Assembly (NCBI GenBank): GCA_951406725.2
Contig: OX597827.1
Location: 65,844,001-65,908,000, forward strand
Origin: Octopus vulgaris
Lineage: Eukaryota
Reading direction: 5' to 3'
DNA: 64,000 nucleotides
In this document: piece after piece, positions 26,258-40,946 of the stretch
Numbering within the stretch: the stretch's first letter is position 1
Layout of the letters: every line of letters starts with the position of its first letter
The notes under the pieces: generated by a model
Told to the model about the DNA's origin: nothing
The model's database searches: none
The model's input: only the letters and a program-made list of their open reading frames with translations
Made by a program: the position numbers and the translations under genes

Positions 26258-27192
26258 TGGCTTCAACGTTTGCTACAATGCTAAATCGATGACATCAATA
26301 CCAGTGTTCAACTGGTATCGACCACGAAGGAAGGATGAAAGGTAAAATCGATCTCGGCAGCGTTATTTGATTTCAGAAATCGCACACAGACGAAATACCG
26401 CGAATTATATTGGCGGACACTTTTTACGATTCTTATTTCTTTATAGCCCACAAGGAGCTAAACATAGCGGGGTCGAAAAAGGACAGACAAAGTGATCAAG
26501 TCGATTACATCGACGCCAGTCCGTAATTAGTACTTATTTAATCGACACCGAAGGATGAAAGGCTAAGTCGACCTCGGCAGAATTTGAACTCAAAACGTAG
26601 CGGCAGACGAAATACCTATTTCTTTACTACCCACAAGAGGCTAAACACAGAGATAACAACCAAGGACAGACAAATGGATTAAGTCGACTATATCGACCGC
26701 ATTGCGTAACTGGTACTTATTTAACCGACTCCGAAAGGATGAAAGCAAAGTCGACCTCGGCGGCGGCAGACGAAATACCTATTTCTTTTCTACCCACAAG
26801 GGGCTAAACACAGAGAGGACAAACAAGGACAGACAAACGGATTAAGTCGATTATATCGACCCCAGTGCGTAACTGGTACTTATTTAATCGACCCGGAAAG
26901 CATGAAAGGCTATGTCGACCTCGGCGGAATTTGAACTCAGAACGTAACGGCAGACGAAATACCTATTTCTTTATTACCCACAAGGGGCTAAACACAGAGC
27001 GGACAAACAAGGACAGGCATAGGTATTAAGTCGATTACATCGACCCCAGTGCGTAACTGGTACTTAATTCATCGATCCCGAAATGATGAAAGGCAAAGTC
27101 GACCTCGGCGGAATTTGAACTCACAACGTAACGCAGACGAAATACCGCTAAGTATTTCGCCCGGCGTGCTAATGTTTCTGTCAGTTCGCCGC
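26258..27192 (-). mobile_element. SINE family B with ~5 internal tandem units of ~140-190 bp
   Basis: Repeated gatgaaaggcaaagtcgacctcggcggaatttgaactcagaacgta.cggcagacgaaatacctatttcttta.tacccacaagggg; tRNA-like head at the right end. Confidence 0.85.
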
Positions 27193-27672
27193 TATTATAG
27201 CTATCAAATGATACCAGTGAAATACTTGTGTTTCACTTCGACGACAATAAATAAATTCACTGCTCTATCTCGGACGTACATATATCATTAATCGGCGTTA
27301 TATATATATAGCTCTACTATTACTACGGCAGCGCTCGCTGTAGCTATCATTATCGGAAGCTAAATCACATTCACCACCACTATCATTATTACATCCATTA
27401 TCAAGACACACAGCCATTATAAACTCCAATAAAACAAAACAACAGCAGCAGTATCACTATTAAAGTGTCTACTAACCATATTACCATTATGACAACCACC
27501 ATAGTTCATTGATAATAGCAGCGTTCGATAGAGTGCTTATGTGAACAGACCGAATTAATTCGTACGACGTTGATAATATATTTCGTACAAATGTAATTAA
27601 TGTTAATGCTGGATTGTTATACGGTTTATATATTTATTTGTTTATTTATTGTTTCGTTACGAACTTTTATTT

Positions 27673-27703
<31 letters not shown>

Positions 27704-27886
27704 TTTTATTTTATTTTATTTTATTTTATTTTTTGAAATTGTCTGAAACAAGAATTTCACAGTCAGTGATTCACAGACTAATAAATATTATTAACGTCAC
27801 ATACGGCAAATACTAGATATAACTATACAGACACGAACTAACAAAACATACACACATATGAGATCGCATACACACACAAATACAGG

Positions 27887-27929
<43 letters not shown>

Positions 27930-27981
27930 TAATAAATAAAACATATGCATACATACATACATATATGTACATACCTACATC

Positions 27982-28037
<56 letters not shown>

Positions 28038-28190
28038 TGGGCAAATAGACAAACAGAAGATGCATATCTATATTTCATGTATGTGTACAACTTTGAAACT
28101 TATGTCCGCGTTTGAGAAGACATATATGCATATACACATGCGTATAAACTTTACAGATTTTAAAGAGAGATATTTTTTATTTATACATAA

Positions 28191-28269
<79 letters not shown>

Positions 28270-28544
28270 TGTACATACATATATATAATTAAATAAATAT
28301 ATATATATTTATATACACACACATATTGCATATTGAGGAAAGCTCTAATGCAGAAGTTGCGGCATATGTTATTTGTAACTTTATCCTGTGACTATGAAAT
28401 TTCGTCAAATGCATTGTAAGTTCAAAAATGCTTTTAAAAGACATTAGGTAGTCGACACCTCGATAGCGCGTTGCCACTAATGTTACTCGCCATGTCTGTC
28501 TGCCCTCTTTTTTCTCTGTTTTTCCTGCTGAACGGAACGACACA

Positions 28545-28970
28545 TGAAATACCTAATTCTTTACTACCCACAACGGGCTAAACACAGAGTGGGACAAGCA
28601 AGGACAAACAAAGGGATTAAGCCGATTACATTGACCCTAGTGCATAACTGGTACTTATTTTATCGACCGCGAAAAGATGAAAGGCAAAGTCAACCTCGGC
28701 GGAATTTGAACTCAGAACGTAGCGGCAGACGAAATTCCTATTTCTTTACTACCCACAAGGAGCCAAACACAGAGGGGACAAACAAGGAGAGATAAACAGA
28801 TTAAGTCGATTATATCGACTTCAGTGCGTAACTGGTTCTTAATTCATCGACCCCGAAAGGATGAAAAGCAAAGTCGACCTCGGCGAAATTTGAACTGAGA
28901 ACATAGCGGCAGACGAAATAACGCTAAGCATTTCGCTCGGCGTGCTAAGGTTTCTGCCAGCTCGCCGGCT
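28545..28970 (-). mobile_element. SINE family B with two internal units
   Basis: Same unit as 26258-27192; head ..cggcgtgctaaggtttctgccagctcgcc. Confidence 0.8.
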
Positions 28971-29429
28971 TGATAATTACATCGATATTAATGATGTATT
29001 ATCATGTGTGGGTACTTCAAGCCACATCAAGGGCTTTGCGTTTTCATCCATTTTCTTTGTTTATTTGCAAAGTAAACTAATTGAAATACGTACAGCAGAA
29101 ATTTTATGGCTCCCTTAAGTGTTTTCCAGAAAATGTATTGTATTATTCTTGTGCTAATTAAAACTTTAATTGGAAGAACTCATTAACTTCTAAAATTTCG
29201 AATAAAGATCGAGAAAGTAAAATAAAATTATTAACGATGATATACGTGTCAGTCTAATGAATATTTAAGTAATAATTAACAACGGAACAGCATTAATATT
29301 ATGAAGGAATATTTTCCATGAAAAACCTGAGCCATAGAAGGACTAAATATAATAGGAAGTGTTCCCTCATGGTCGCTGCATTCGCGTTGTAGCAAGTGAA
29401 GGAATAACAGAATACTCTCTTCTCTATTA

Positions 29430-29650
29430 CACTTTTACTTGTTCCAGTCGTGTGACTGTGGCCATGCTGGAGCACCGCCTTCAGTCGAACAAAACGACCC
29501 TAGGACTTATTCTTTGTACGCCTAGTACGTATTCTCTCAGTTTCCTCTGCCGTACCGCTAAGTTACGGAGACGTAAACATTCTAGCGTCGGTTGTCAAGC
29601 GATGTTGAGGGGACAAACACAGACATACAAACATATACACTCACATACAT

Positions 29651-29683
<33 letters not shown>

Positions 29684-29695
29684 CATATGTATATT

Positions 29696-29726
<31 letters not shown>

Positions 29727-29836
29727 ATCACGTGATCGACCAGACCATCAGATGTTATTACACATCGCTGGTCACAATGCGTTCGCATTGTTTTTGCCTT
29801 CGAATGACGCCACCCCCTGGCTAAGCGAGCAGGCCA

Positions 29837-29867
<31 letters not shown>

Positions 29868-30066
29868 GTGTATGTATGTATTCATACATACATACATACA
29901 TCTACGACAGGCCTCATTCAGTTTCCATCTACCAAATCCACTCACAAGGCTTTGGTCTGCCCGAGGCTATAGTAGAAGACACTTGCCCATGGTACCATGC
30001 AGTGGGACCGAACCGGGAACCATGTGGTCGGTAAGCAAGCTACTTACCACACAGCCACTCTTACGC
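29430..30066 (-). mobile_element. SINE family A with a nested ~120-bp insert (29719-29838) in its central microsatellite
   Basis: Family A tail and head flank a segment that is the reverse complement of 34800-34912. Confidence 0.78.
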
Positions 30067-30764
30067 CAAGTTAATTTCAGAATGAGCACAAAATCAATCA
30101 TTACAATAGTTTGAAATTCTAAAGTTGTCGTAGCGGTCGTAAAACTGCCATTAGCAGTTGCGTGAGGTGAGTAATCGAGCGATTAGTGAATGAAGTCGTC
30201 GAGCGTACATATAATCCATTATCCGATATTGAATACATAAATCCAAGTAAACTTGCAGTTTAAGAAACTCGTTTTGCATCCATAGGATTTTGAGTTCAGC
30301 CCCACTGGGCGGCAACAGAAAACAAGTAATGAAAAAGAGGAAGAGATATAGAGATAGATAGAAACAGAGATAGAGAGGGATAGATAGAAACAGAGATAGA
30401 GAGAGATAGAGTGGGTGAATGAATGAGTGAGAGAAAGAGAGAGAGAGAGAGAGTGGTATATGATTTAAGAAACAAAAAGGACCTGTAGTCAACGGTGTAG
30501 TCCTCCTTTCTAGCAAAAATTGTTTTATCATCGGTAATACGGTAAGAAATTTTGATCTCAAATATCTTCATGGCCACACTTTTCCTTGTGTGTGATAAAG
30601 CAATATTTACGCTCGCGTGATCATTGAAGTTCAATAAGGATCACATATTTCCTTTAAGATCTAGTTTTCTATAAGCTACAAACGTAAGAAAGATGATGTA
30701 TCGGGTCTACCAGGGTGGTTCACGTATATTTTATCTATGCGAATATAATCTATGTGAATGTGTG

Positions 30765-31090
30765 TTGAAGGCGGGTGGCTTCTCGGTTAGGGTATTCGGC
30801 ACAAGATGGTAAGATTGTGAGTTCGATGCCCGCTGGCGCGTCGTATCATTGTATGAGAAACTTTATTTCAAGATGCGTCACTCTACTCAGCTGGCAAAAA
30901 CAAGTTACTCCCGCATTTCATAGGGGGCCAGCCTTTTCATATAATGTATTACACTTAAATCTCCCTGAGAACTACGCTAAGTGTACTCGCTTATGTGGGG
31001 TACTTAGATACCCGCAAGTTAATTTCAGGTGATGAATCTTCTGCCGATCGGATAGACTAGAACACACATCATCGTAACCGACAGCGTGTC
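30765..31090 (+). mobile_element. Older tRNA-derived SINE related to family C
   Basis: tRNA-like head ggtggcttctcggttaggg..gagttcgatgccc; tail ccctgagaactacgctaag..tcgtaaccgacagcgtg resembles 36270-36400. Confidence 0.65.
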
Positions 31091-31100
31091 GGTCTTTTAA

Positions 31101-31290
31101 AAGGCGGCGAGCTGGTAAAATACATAGCATGCCGGCAAAAATGGTTAGCGCCATTTCGTCCATCTTTTTGTTCTGAGTTCAAATTCCGTAGAATTCGACT
31201 TCACCTTCCATCACCATTCGGTATCGATAAAATGAGTACTAGCTGAGTATTGATGCTGGTGTAATCAACTTAGCCAACATTTGAAACCAA
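31101..31290 (+). mobile_element. SINE family B, degenerate
   Basis: aaggcggcgagctgg..ttctgagttcaaattcc. Confidence 0.7.
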
Positions 31291-31762
31291 TAGAGGTGAA
31301 TGCGTACCTCATACAGCAAGAATGTAAGGTGTGGGTTGATAGAGTGTCCCCTCATAGCAATCTGAGCGAGAACGCTCCGTGTTCACTTGGAGGTATGATT
31401 TTGGGCAGTACTTGTTTCAGGTGCACGTAATAAATTATATTCGTTTTATTTTCCACATGTACGATGGAGGGCATATTAGTTTTTCAGTTGAGAGACAGAA
31501 AGTCAAGCGTTTCAAAAGCGATGAATTTCTTTTTATTCTTGTCTCTGCGATGCATATAAGCTACTTGCAAGTGAGAATAAGAACATAAATTTGACTGAGA
31601 CAAACATACATATGTTCATACATACATGCAATCACCTTTATATGCATACACATACAGTTATAAATTCGATTTAAAATGAGTAAAATATACATTCATATAT
31701 ATATATATTACACACACACACACATATATATACATATATATGTATATATATATATATGTATA

Positions 31763-31844
<82 letters not shown>

Positions 31845-31876
31845 CATATATATATATATATATAGATAGATAGATA

Positions 31877-32288
31877 GGCGCAGGAGTGGCTGTGTGGTAA
31901 GTAGCTTGTTTAACAACCACATGGTTCCGGGTTCAGTCCCACTGTGGGCACCTTGGTCAAGTGTCTTCTACTATAGCCTCGGGCCGACCAAAGCCTTGTG
32001 AGTGGATTTGGTATATGGAAACTGAAAGAGGCCCGTCGTATATATGTATATATATATATAAAGGTGTGTGTGAGTTTGTGTGTCTGTGTTTGTCCCTCCA
32101 ACATCGCTTGAGAACCGATGGTGGTGTGTTTACGTCCCCGTAACTTAGCGGTTCGGCAAAAGAGACCGATAGAATAAGTACTAGGCTTACAAAGAATAAG
32201 TCCTGGTGTAGATTTGTTCGTCTAAAGGTGGTGCTCCTGCATGGCCGCAGTCAAATGACTGAAACAAGTAAAAGAGTAAAAGAGTAAA
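31877..32288 (+). mobile_element. Full-length tRNA-derived SINE family A
   Basis: A/B-box-like head (tggctgtgtggtaag; ggttcagtccc), CORE-like ggcaccttgg.caagtg block, central microsatellite and (AGTAAAAG)n tail. Confidence 0.88.
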
Positions 32289-33247
32289 ACTAGTAATATA
32301 TATACATACATACACATAATACATACATAAATCGCAATTTCTGTCTATCTGAGGCCGTGTGTATGAATTTGTGAGATTGTTACCTTAAGTCCTCCGAGAC
32401 TATCCAACTGATATCAATGAAACTTGGTATGTGCGTGGGGCTTATGCCCATGCGGTCACTTACGCTCTTTGAATTTCAAAAAAATTGACAATTTCTAATC
32501 AGCATCGATTTTTCAAAAATCAATACGACATTTCTCTGCAAATTCTCATATTAATGATATTTTCTGCCATAGCATTTCAACTTTCCAACTGATTTTGTTG
32601 ATATTTATACACAGATGTAATATGCGCCATAGATGGGGTGATACAAATAAACTTTTACTGAAGCCATTCAAGCAAAGCGTAAGATGATTCTTGATTTACT
32701 GATTAACGAAATGGTTTTAAATTGTTGTGTGGCAAAAATGCTCATTAATTATTTCGTATATATATGTATATATCTATATATGTATGTGTATAATCATATG
32801 TATATATAGATGTATATATGTAAATACATATGTAAAACAAAAGTAAAACAAAGCACTATGAGTTTAAAGTATAAATAAGCTTTACTATAGCCTTGAATGT
32901 TATCGACTCCTATTTCCAGTAAATATTGGTGCATTATTGTACCACTATCATATTTATACTTTAACCTGATAGTGCTTTGTTTTACTGGGAAGCAATACTA
33001 CTTACTGTATTGCACTATTCCATAATTTCTTCTTTGAAAATATTTTCACTGTTCTTGGTCTGATAATGGCTAGGCATTTCAGACGAGTATATACTGGCAT
33101 TGATGTAGTGACATATCAGACTTTGTCTAAGTGAATCCAGCCAATGAGAACTAATCAAATTTACGTTCATAAACGTAATTTGGGAAGTTCGAAACCTAGG
33201 TCCTAGATTATGTACAACTGGGTTGTACCTGAATTTTATGTTATCCA

Positions 33248-33314
<67 letters not shown>

Positions 33315-33630
33315 TATTATTGTTTGTTTCTACTGCAGCCATGCCTGGTTACTTAGGGCCGGCTTCCTTTTACTTCTGGTGACTTCAAAAATGTAACTGC
33401 AGGCGATTGTTGGCGATTCTTTACCTCATTCGTCTTTGACTTTCCTGTCTTACCTCTTTCCGGCGAGGAGCTATACTCGAAACTTAAATCTACTACTCTT
33501 TGTCCTTCTCTGTGCCTCTATTAATACATTGCTTGTCTACGTCCACATGTTCGTTTGTTTTTCTTTATCTCTATATATGCGCAAATGTATGCAGATACAT
33601 ATAACTATAAATTTACACATGCACATACAC

Positions 33631-33710
<80 letters not shown>

Positions 33711-33711
33711 G

Positions 33712-33842
33712 TCTTTCAATAACACTCACCAAGCTACGGTGGGCTCAAGGCTATAGCAGAAGACACTTGCCCAGGGATCATGCAGTGGAAGTGAACCCAG
33801 AATCACGTGGTTGGGAAGCAAGCTTCTTACCAGCACGCCACA
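33712..33842 (-). mobile_element. SINE family A head, degenerate
   Basis: ggctatagcagaagacacttgcccagg..gcagtggaagtgaacccagaatcacgtggttgg. Confidence 0.65.
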
Positions 33843-34543
33843 CGTTAACTTGCATATGCAAGAAATTGTGATTATCTACAAAGAGAAGTAACGCTACAAA
33901 TGAATAGAAGTGCAACGTCATATGTGGAGAAGTTTGGATTTATATGCATAGCTATCTGACTGCATATGCAGAGTGATATCACTGCATACACAGAGAAGAG
34001 TCACTTCACATGTCGAGAAATATAATTTTATATGCAGGAAAATCTCAGTCAAGCACAGAATAATAAATACACACAGCGAACATAGTATCTTCAAAAGTAG
34101 AGAAATGCGGTTTCCTCTGTAGTAACGATTTCAAAAATGCCGTCAGGTCAGATGACTACAATAGAAAAATATATACGTACATGTGATACTATAAAAGGAC
34201 ACTATTGTGTATTTTACAAAACCAGCGAGGAAAAACGCAATCAAAGCAACTCAAATGCATAAAAGATAATATTTTATTTCTGGATAATTTCGTTGTAGTA
34301 CAAAGTATTAATATGTGTATTCGTGACGTTTTCTGCGTTTCCTTTTCTCTTTTTCCTTGTGTCAGTCTATCGGTCCCTTCCTGCTTCTACTTGTTTCTAT
34401 AAATATGTGCACACACATTAACACACACGCACACACACACGCACACACACACAAGCGCACACAAATATATATATAGAGATAGATAGATAGATAGATCTCC
34501 ACACACATAATGTATACATGAATCCATATATGTGTGTGTATTG

Positions 34544-34599
<56 letters not shown>

Positions 34600-34619
34600 G
34601 TGTGTGTGTGTGTGTGTGT

Positions 34620-34907
34620 GGAGGCGTAATGGCCCAGTGGTTATGGCCCAGCGGTCGTAGGATCGCAGTTTCGATTCCCAGACCGGGCGTTGTGAATATT
34701 TATTGAGCAAAAAAGCACCTTAAAGTTCCACGAGGCTCGGGAAGGGGGTGACGATCCCTGCTGTAGTCTTTCGCCACAATTTTCTCTCATTCTTTCTTCT
34801 GTTGGCCTGGTCGCTTAGCCAGCGGGGTGGCGTCATTTGTAGGCTAAAACAATGCGAAGCGCATTGTGACCAGCGAGTAGCAACATCAGATAGCCTGGTC
34901 GGTCGCG

Positions 34908-34912
<5 letters not shown>
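34620..34912 (+). mobile_element. SINE family C head joined to an alternative 3' tail
   Basis: 34620-34795 matches 36021-36210; 34800-34912 instead matches the reverse complement of 29719-29838. Confidence 0.75.
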
Positions 34913-34948
<36 letters not shown>

Positions 34949-36019
34949 ATTTTAGTTTTATATATATTATATGCATATATATTTGAGTATGTATTTACGT
35001 ATATGTATATATATATATACATGTAAAAATACATGCACATATATATACATGTATGTATGTACGTATATATAGCATATATATATATATATATATAATATAT
35101 TTTTCTATATATTTATATACATACACCCCCACACACACACATATAAGATTGTGCGGCTCTATGTGTGTGTATGCTCGTATATATTTATATTATGGCGTGA
35201 AGTTCTCTATGGACGATTCACAAAAATATTCCAAATGAATTATGTTTTGCCTCTTAGTTTGAGAGATAAATGAAACAAAAAAAGAATAAACAGTAGTATT
35301 TGTTATCGAAACTCAAAGAAAAGCGCAGAGATTTTCACAAAATTAATCCGTATTCCCTGAGGGAAGTCTTTGTTATACTGAATGACAGCAACGTCTATTA
35401 TAAACAACAAAGATATTTGGAGAAAGAAAAATAGTTTTGGTTGGTAAAAATTTTCACAATTAAGAAATCAAATACGATAAACGAGCCAATGGGCACAGAT
35501 TTTCAATTAATTTCCGTTTGTGTGTGCGTGTGAGTGTGTGTGTGTGTGTTTTTGTTTGTGTGTGTGTGTACATCGCTTCGTGCCTAATGACGGAATTTAT
35601 TTAAATTTAGTCCAGAGGCTCACTAGAGTTTTTCTGTCTCTTATATTTTACTTCTAATTATACAAATTACTCATGGTAAAGAAAAAAAAACTTCAAATTT
35701 TTCACTGTAAAATGAAAATAAAAGCAAATCACCACTTTAGATGATACAAAGAACCTGATCAAAGTAAACAAGAAAACATGAGTAAGCTTTGAACGATCAT
35801 AAGGGTTCGTAGAGATTAATTTTGTGAAACCCAAGACCGTATCTATAGTCTTAAATGCAGCGATTAGAAACTTTTACTCTAAACAGAAATTTTCTTAAAT
35901 TAATTTGTTCAATTTATCATTTATTTTCTTTGAGTAAAATGCACCGCTGGATATTTCTTTTACACTTCTCACTAAAGATCAAACTTCGATGCTGTTCAAT
36001 GACGAGTTTTATTCGAATA

Positions 36020-36407
36020 GTGGAGTCGCAATGGCCCAGTGGTTAGGGCAACGGACTCGCGGTCGTAGGATCGTGGTTTCGATTCCCAGACCGGGCGTTG
36101 TGAGTGTTTATTGAGCGAAAACACCTAAAAGCTCCACGAGGCTCAGGCAGGGATGGTGGTGATCCCTGCTGTACTCTTTCACCACGACTTTCTCTCACTC
36201 TTACTTCCTCTTTCTGTTGTACCTGTATTTCAAAGGGCCGGCCTTGACACTCTCTGTGTCACGCTGAATATCCCCGAGAACTACGTTAAAGGTACACGTG
36301 TCTGTGGAGTGCTCAGCCACTTACTAGTTAATTTCACGAGCAGGCTGTTCCGTTGATCGGATCAACCGGAACCCTCGTCGTCGTAACCGACGGAGTGCTT
36401 CCATCCA
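36020..36407 (+). mobile_element. Full-length tRNA-derived SINE family C with 11-bp target-site duplication
   Basis: Head tggcccagtggttaggg..ggtttcgattccc; ttattcgaata is duplicated at 36009-36019 and 36408-36418. Confidence 0.9.
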
Positions 36408-37618
36408 TTATTCGAATATCATTAAATACATCACCACGTATCCTCAATTTCTGCAATTTTTTTCCCATTAATTATAACACTACTTAATAATTAATGACTA
36501 TTCCAATTTTTTTTAACCGAACGTTGTTTAAACCTAATCGATACCAGTTATCATAACCCTCTATTCTCTTGTCCTCAAATCTGATATTTTGAAAACAAGA
36601 CATCAGGTTTAAAAGAAAATTAAGACGTCTATTCTCTTTTCCTCAAAACTGGAAACTATGAAAACACATTGTATTCTGTAAAATGTGACAGCAATATGGA
36701 CAACAGGAATTTATTCTGTACAAACTCGTATTGTTGTTAAACATCCCAAATAATATGCATGTATAAAGTTATATGAAAGAAGGCATCGTATTGAAATTGC
36801 TGTCCATTTCGTGATCGTTTTAGTGTTTATTGATACATAATTAGTCCTATTGTGTTAGGGATCATAGTAATAAACGAAAGTGATAATGTCCTTTACGCGT
36901 ATTTCAAAGGACATGCATTATGCAAATCTTGTAGAGGTAGCTTTTAGTAGGAAAATGGAAAGCGTACATCAGCGGAAAGAGCTAAGCCGAAAGAAAATTA
37001 AGGTAAAAATATGTGGTCATTACTAACAACAGAGGCATGAGCGGTAACGGAAATAAATTCACTAAGCACATGTGTTACATAAACATTAAAAGCAATGACG
37101 TCAGCATCATCACCATCACCACCACTGTCCAAAACAGACAACAGCAAAAACAACAATAACATTTGCAACCACTACCTGAATATCGTCAACAGTTACAACA
37201 CTGAAACAATCACGTTATCGCCAACAACAACACAAAAAAAATAATGACATTGCTGTAAAGAACAACGGGAAAAGCAAATCACAATATGATTGCATAACCT
37301 ATAACACTAAAAACCTCAACACCAAAGACGTCAACATCATACAAAAAAAGAAAAAAATACATCAAGAAAACAAGAATAAAAATGAAAATCCAGAAAAATA
37401 CCAGTCAGGTGATCGATATAACTGCAAAAGTAACTTCTTCCTGGTCATTTAATCTAAAGGAAATAATAACCAAATCTCCCTTAAATCATAGTCTACTCTT
37501 AAAAAAATATATATAATGATTTGTAACGTCAAAATATCCTAGATTCAACGTAGTCGTTTAGTCACCTTCCCAGCAAATTTAAGGTAGGAGAAAGAATTAT
37601 TATTATTATTATTATTAT

Positions 37619-38172
37619 TGAGTGAGAGAGCAGTTCATGCCATCAAAGTGACACTGGGGTAAACTATACGAAGCCCAATATACCCATCATGACTACCCGT
37701 CTGATAAAGGTACACCAGGCACATGCATCACAACCATATGTGCGCGACATGGTGTTCTCATATCAAGATAAACAGCACATGACCTTGCAGGTGGGGCCCA
37801 GTTAGAATTTTCTTCAGGTTGAGTAGCCCATCCCGCTCAAAAGGTCTCTGAATAAGGGTTGTTTAAGGATGTTGAAAGAACCACCCATGTTTCCAGAGGT
37901 GAATTATTCAAACCCCAAAGAATCCATCTCAACACATGGCTATGATGCTCCCCCACTACTTCTGCTCATGATCAGAGATGCACATATCGTCAGCCACTAA
38001 GGGACATGCTCAACTGGTTAAGGTTAAACAACTGACAAGCAAATCTGTGGTATTGAGCAGAATATTTGTTGTAACCCATCTTTTATACCAAGACAAAACA
38101 ATGTACATGATAACACTTCCAATCAGTTAAGATCAGAAGCCATGAGAGCCACTGCCTGGTACTGCATCAGGG

Positions 38173-38174
<2 letters not shown>
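37619..38174. mobile_element. ~555-bp interspersed element embedded in (ATT)n
   Basis: Sharply bounded, higher-GC block with (ATT)n directly on both sides; no ORF. Family not determined. Confidence 0.6.
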
Positions 38175-38244
<70 letters not shown>

Positions 38245-38249
38245 CGTCA

Positions 38250-38296
<47 letters not shown>

Positions 38297-38902
38297 TATT
38301 ATTATTATTATTATTATTATCATCATCATCATTTCTCTTTTGTGTCACTCCATCACACGTTTCATTTATGTTGGTGGTGAAATTAGAGATAAACAACATT
38401 AAAAAAGTATCAGTGAAGTAGGGATCATGCTACGGTACCTCGATCTCAAAAATCAGCTCGCTTTTATCCTATCTAAATTTGGCGTAATCCCAGCAGATTT
38501 TGTAGATAAGATGAGTCGAATACATCGAATATATTTGATTAAATGGTATTTGCTTTACCAACTTCAGAAAGGATGAAATGCAAAGTCAATCTCTGTTTTA
38601 TTAGAGCCCAGTCCTTAAGAAGGAGCAGGAAGAAACCGGTAAGTGTTTCCTATTGCGCGGTAATAATTCTGCCAGTTGGCCACCTTAACCGACGCGTTAA
38701 TATTGGTTTCAAATCTTTGGCTCAAGGCCAAGTATTTCGCGGAAGCGATTACTCGATCATATCGACCCAACTGTTTCAGATTGTGCTTATATCGACGCTG
38801 AAAGGAAGGAAGGGAAGCCGACAACGGTGGCATTTAAACTTAGAGCCAACAAACAGAGTTTATGCGGCTAAGTACTTCGAACGGCGTGCTAGCCACAATG
38901 AC

Positions 38903-38903
38903 G

Positions 38904-38969
<66 letters not shown>

Positions 38970-38970
38970 T

Positions 38971-39001
<31 letters not shown>

Positions 39002-39058
39002 AAGAAGAAGAAGAAGAAGAAGAAGAAGAAGAAGAAGAAGAAGAAGAAAAAGAAGAAT
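38903..39058. repeat. Compound (TAA)n-(GAA)n microsatellite (another at 39982-40113)
   Basis: Direct reading. Confidence 0.95.
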
Positions 39059-39225
39059 TATGCGAAAGAATGACTCATACAGTGGTTTTAATTCAGAAAT
39101 AACCCCACACAGGAAAACGAAGTTAATGTTAGTACCAATTATTGTAGTGGCCTTGGGGATAGTATGAGAAGGTTTTTAAGAAAATATACAACGAAAAAAA
39201 AAATGAAAATCCGAATAGAGTACCC

Positions 39226-39302
<77 letters not shown>

Positions 39303-39568
39303 TCTTTCTCCTATAGGCACAAAACCTTAAATTTGGTGGGAAGGAAATTAAACGACTGCATTGAACCCCGAAAGGATGAAAGGGAAAATTGGACCCTATG
39401 GGCCCAATAGCAATGTAAAAGAAGGGAAGTAAGGAAAGCTGCCATGCATTTTCGCCGACTTGCTAACGATTCTGCCGCCTGGCTACTTTAGTGATAGCAA
39501 CGTCAACGACGACAACAAACTACAATAATGATAATAATGATAATAATAATAATAATAATAATAACATA

Positions 39569-39980
39569 GGCACAGGAGTGGCTGTGTGGTAAGTAGCTTG
39601 CTAACCAACCACATGGTTCCGGGTTCAGTCCCACTGCGTGGCATCTTGGGCAAGTGTCTTCTGCTATAGCCCCGGGCCGACCAATGCCTTGTGAGTGGAT
39701 TTGGTAGACGGAAACTGAAAGAAGCCTGTCGTATATATGTATATATATATATATATATGTGTTTGTTTGTGTGTCTGTGTTTGTTCCCCTAGCATTGCTT
39801 GACAACCGATGCTGGTGTGTTTACGTCCCCGTCACTTAGCGGTTCGGCAAAAAAGAGACCGATAGAATAAGTACTGGTCTTACAAAGAATAAGTCCCGGG
39901 GTCGAGTTGCTCGATTAAAGGCGGTGCTCCAGCATGGCCGCAGTCAAATGACTGAAACAAGTAAAAGAGAAAGAGAAAGA
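39569..39980 (+). mobile_element. Full-length SINE family A
   Basis: Colinear with 31877-32288. Confidence 0.88.
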
Positions 39981-39981
39981 G

Positions 39982-40079
<98 letters not shown>

Positions 40080-40187
40080 AAGAAGAAGAAGAAGAAGAAG
40101 AAGAAGAAGAAGAATCAATAGCTGAATGTAGAGCAACATCACGCAACATTAATCCTAGCAGCTAGAAATGACACCATAATAATCCGC

Positions 40188-40240
<53 letters not shown>

Positions 40241-40625
40241 TGGCAGACAATATCAGCAATATTTATGACAGGCTCGCTAGGGAAAAAGATCAGAATGAAA
40301 TAACTTCATTAGCAACAGCTACAATGTGCACGCGCTCAAATGTAATAAAATAACAGAATAATTAAATGCAACGTCATTATTAAAAAAAAATGTAAGAAAA
40401 TAAATGCGTAAAATATAAATGATAACATTATGTTGATAACATTATGTGCATTGCCCCGTTGCTATTCTTTTCTTTCTGACAATAAATATACTAACACGAA
40501 CATTGGAATAACAATGATGATGGGGTGTGGATGATAGGGTGAGGATGATGATGTATGATTGTCTTGTCAGTGAAAGTATTTGTTCTTCTCATGCTTCTGT
40601 TTATAACACACACACACTCACACAG

Positions 40626-40658
<33 letters not shown>

Positions 40659-40659
40659 C

Positions 40660-40730
<71 letters not shown>

Positions 40731-40863
40731 TTGGGGAGTAAATCCAAACTTACAGGGAAAAATTAAATTTAGGATTAACTTATATTAATTAATTATATTT
40801 CTATGTTTTGGTTTATGTTTTTCACTGTTTGATTTGCCTAATACTGGTTTTATCTCTAATTTA

Positions 40864-40946
<83 letters not shown>

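Noticed and set aside
32330-32640. Possible Helitron-derived short repeat (ctccgagactatccaactgatatcaatgaaacttggtatg)
   Set aside because: Single copy in the window and termini not identifiable.
36020-36095. tRNA gene
   Set aside because: tRNA-like SINE head continuing into SINE body with a TSD; no complete cloverleaf acceptor stem.
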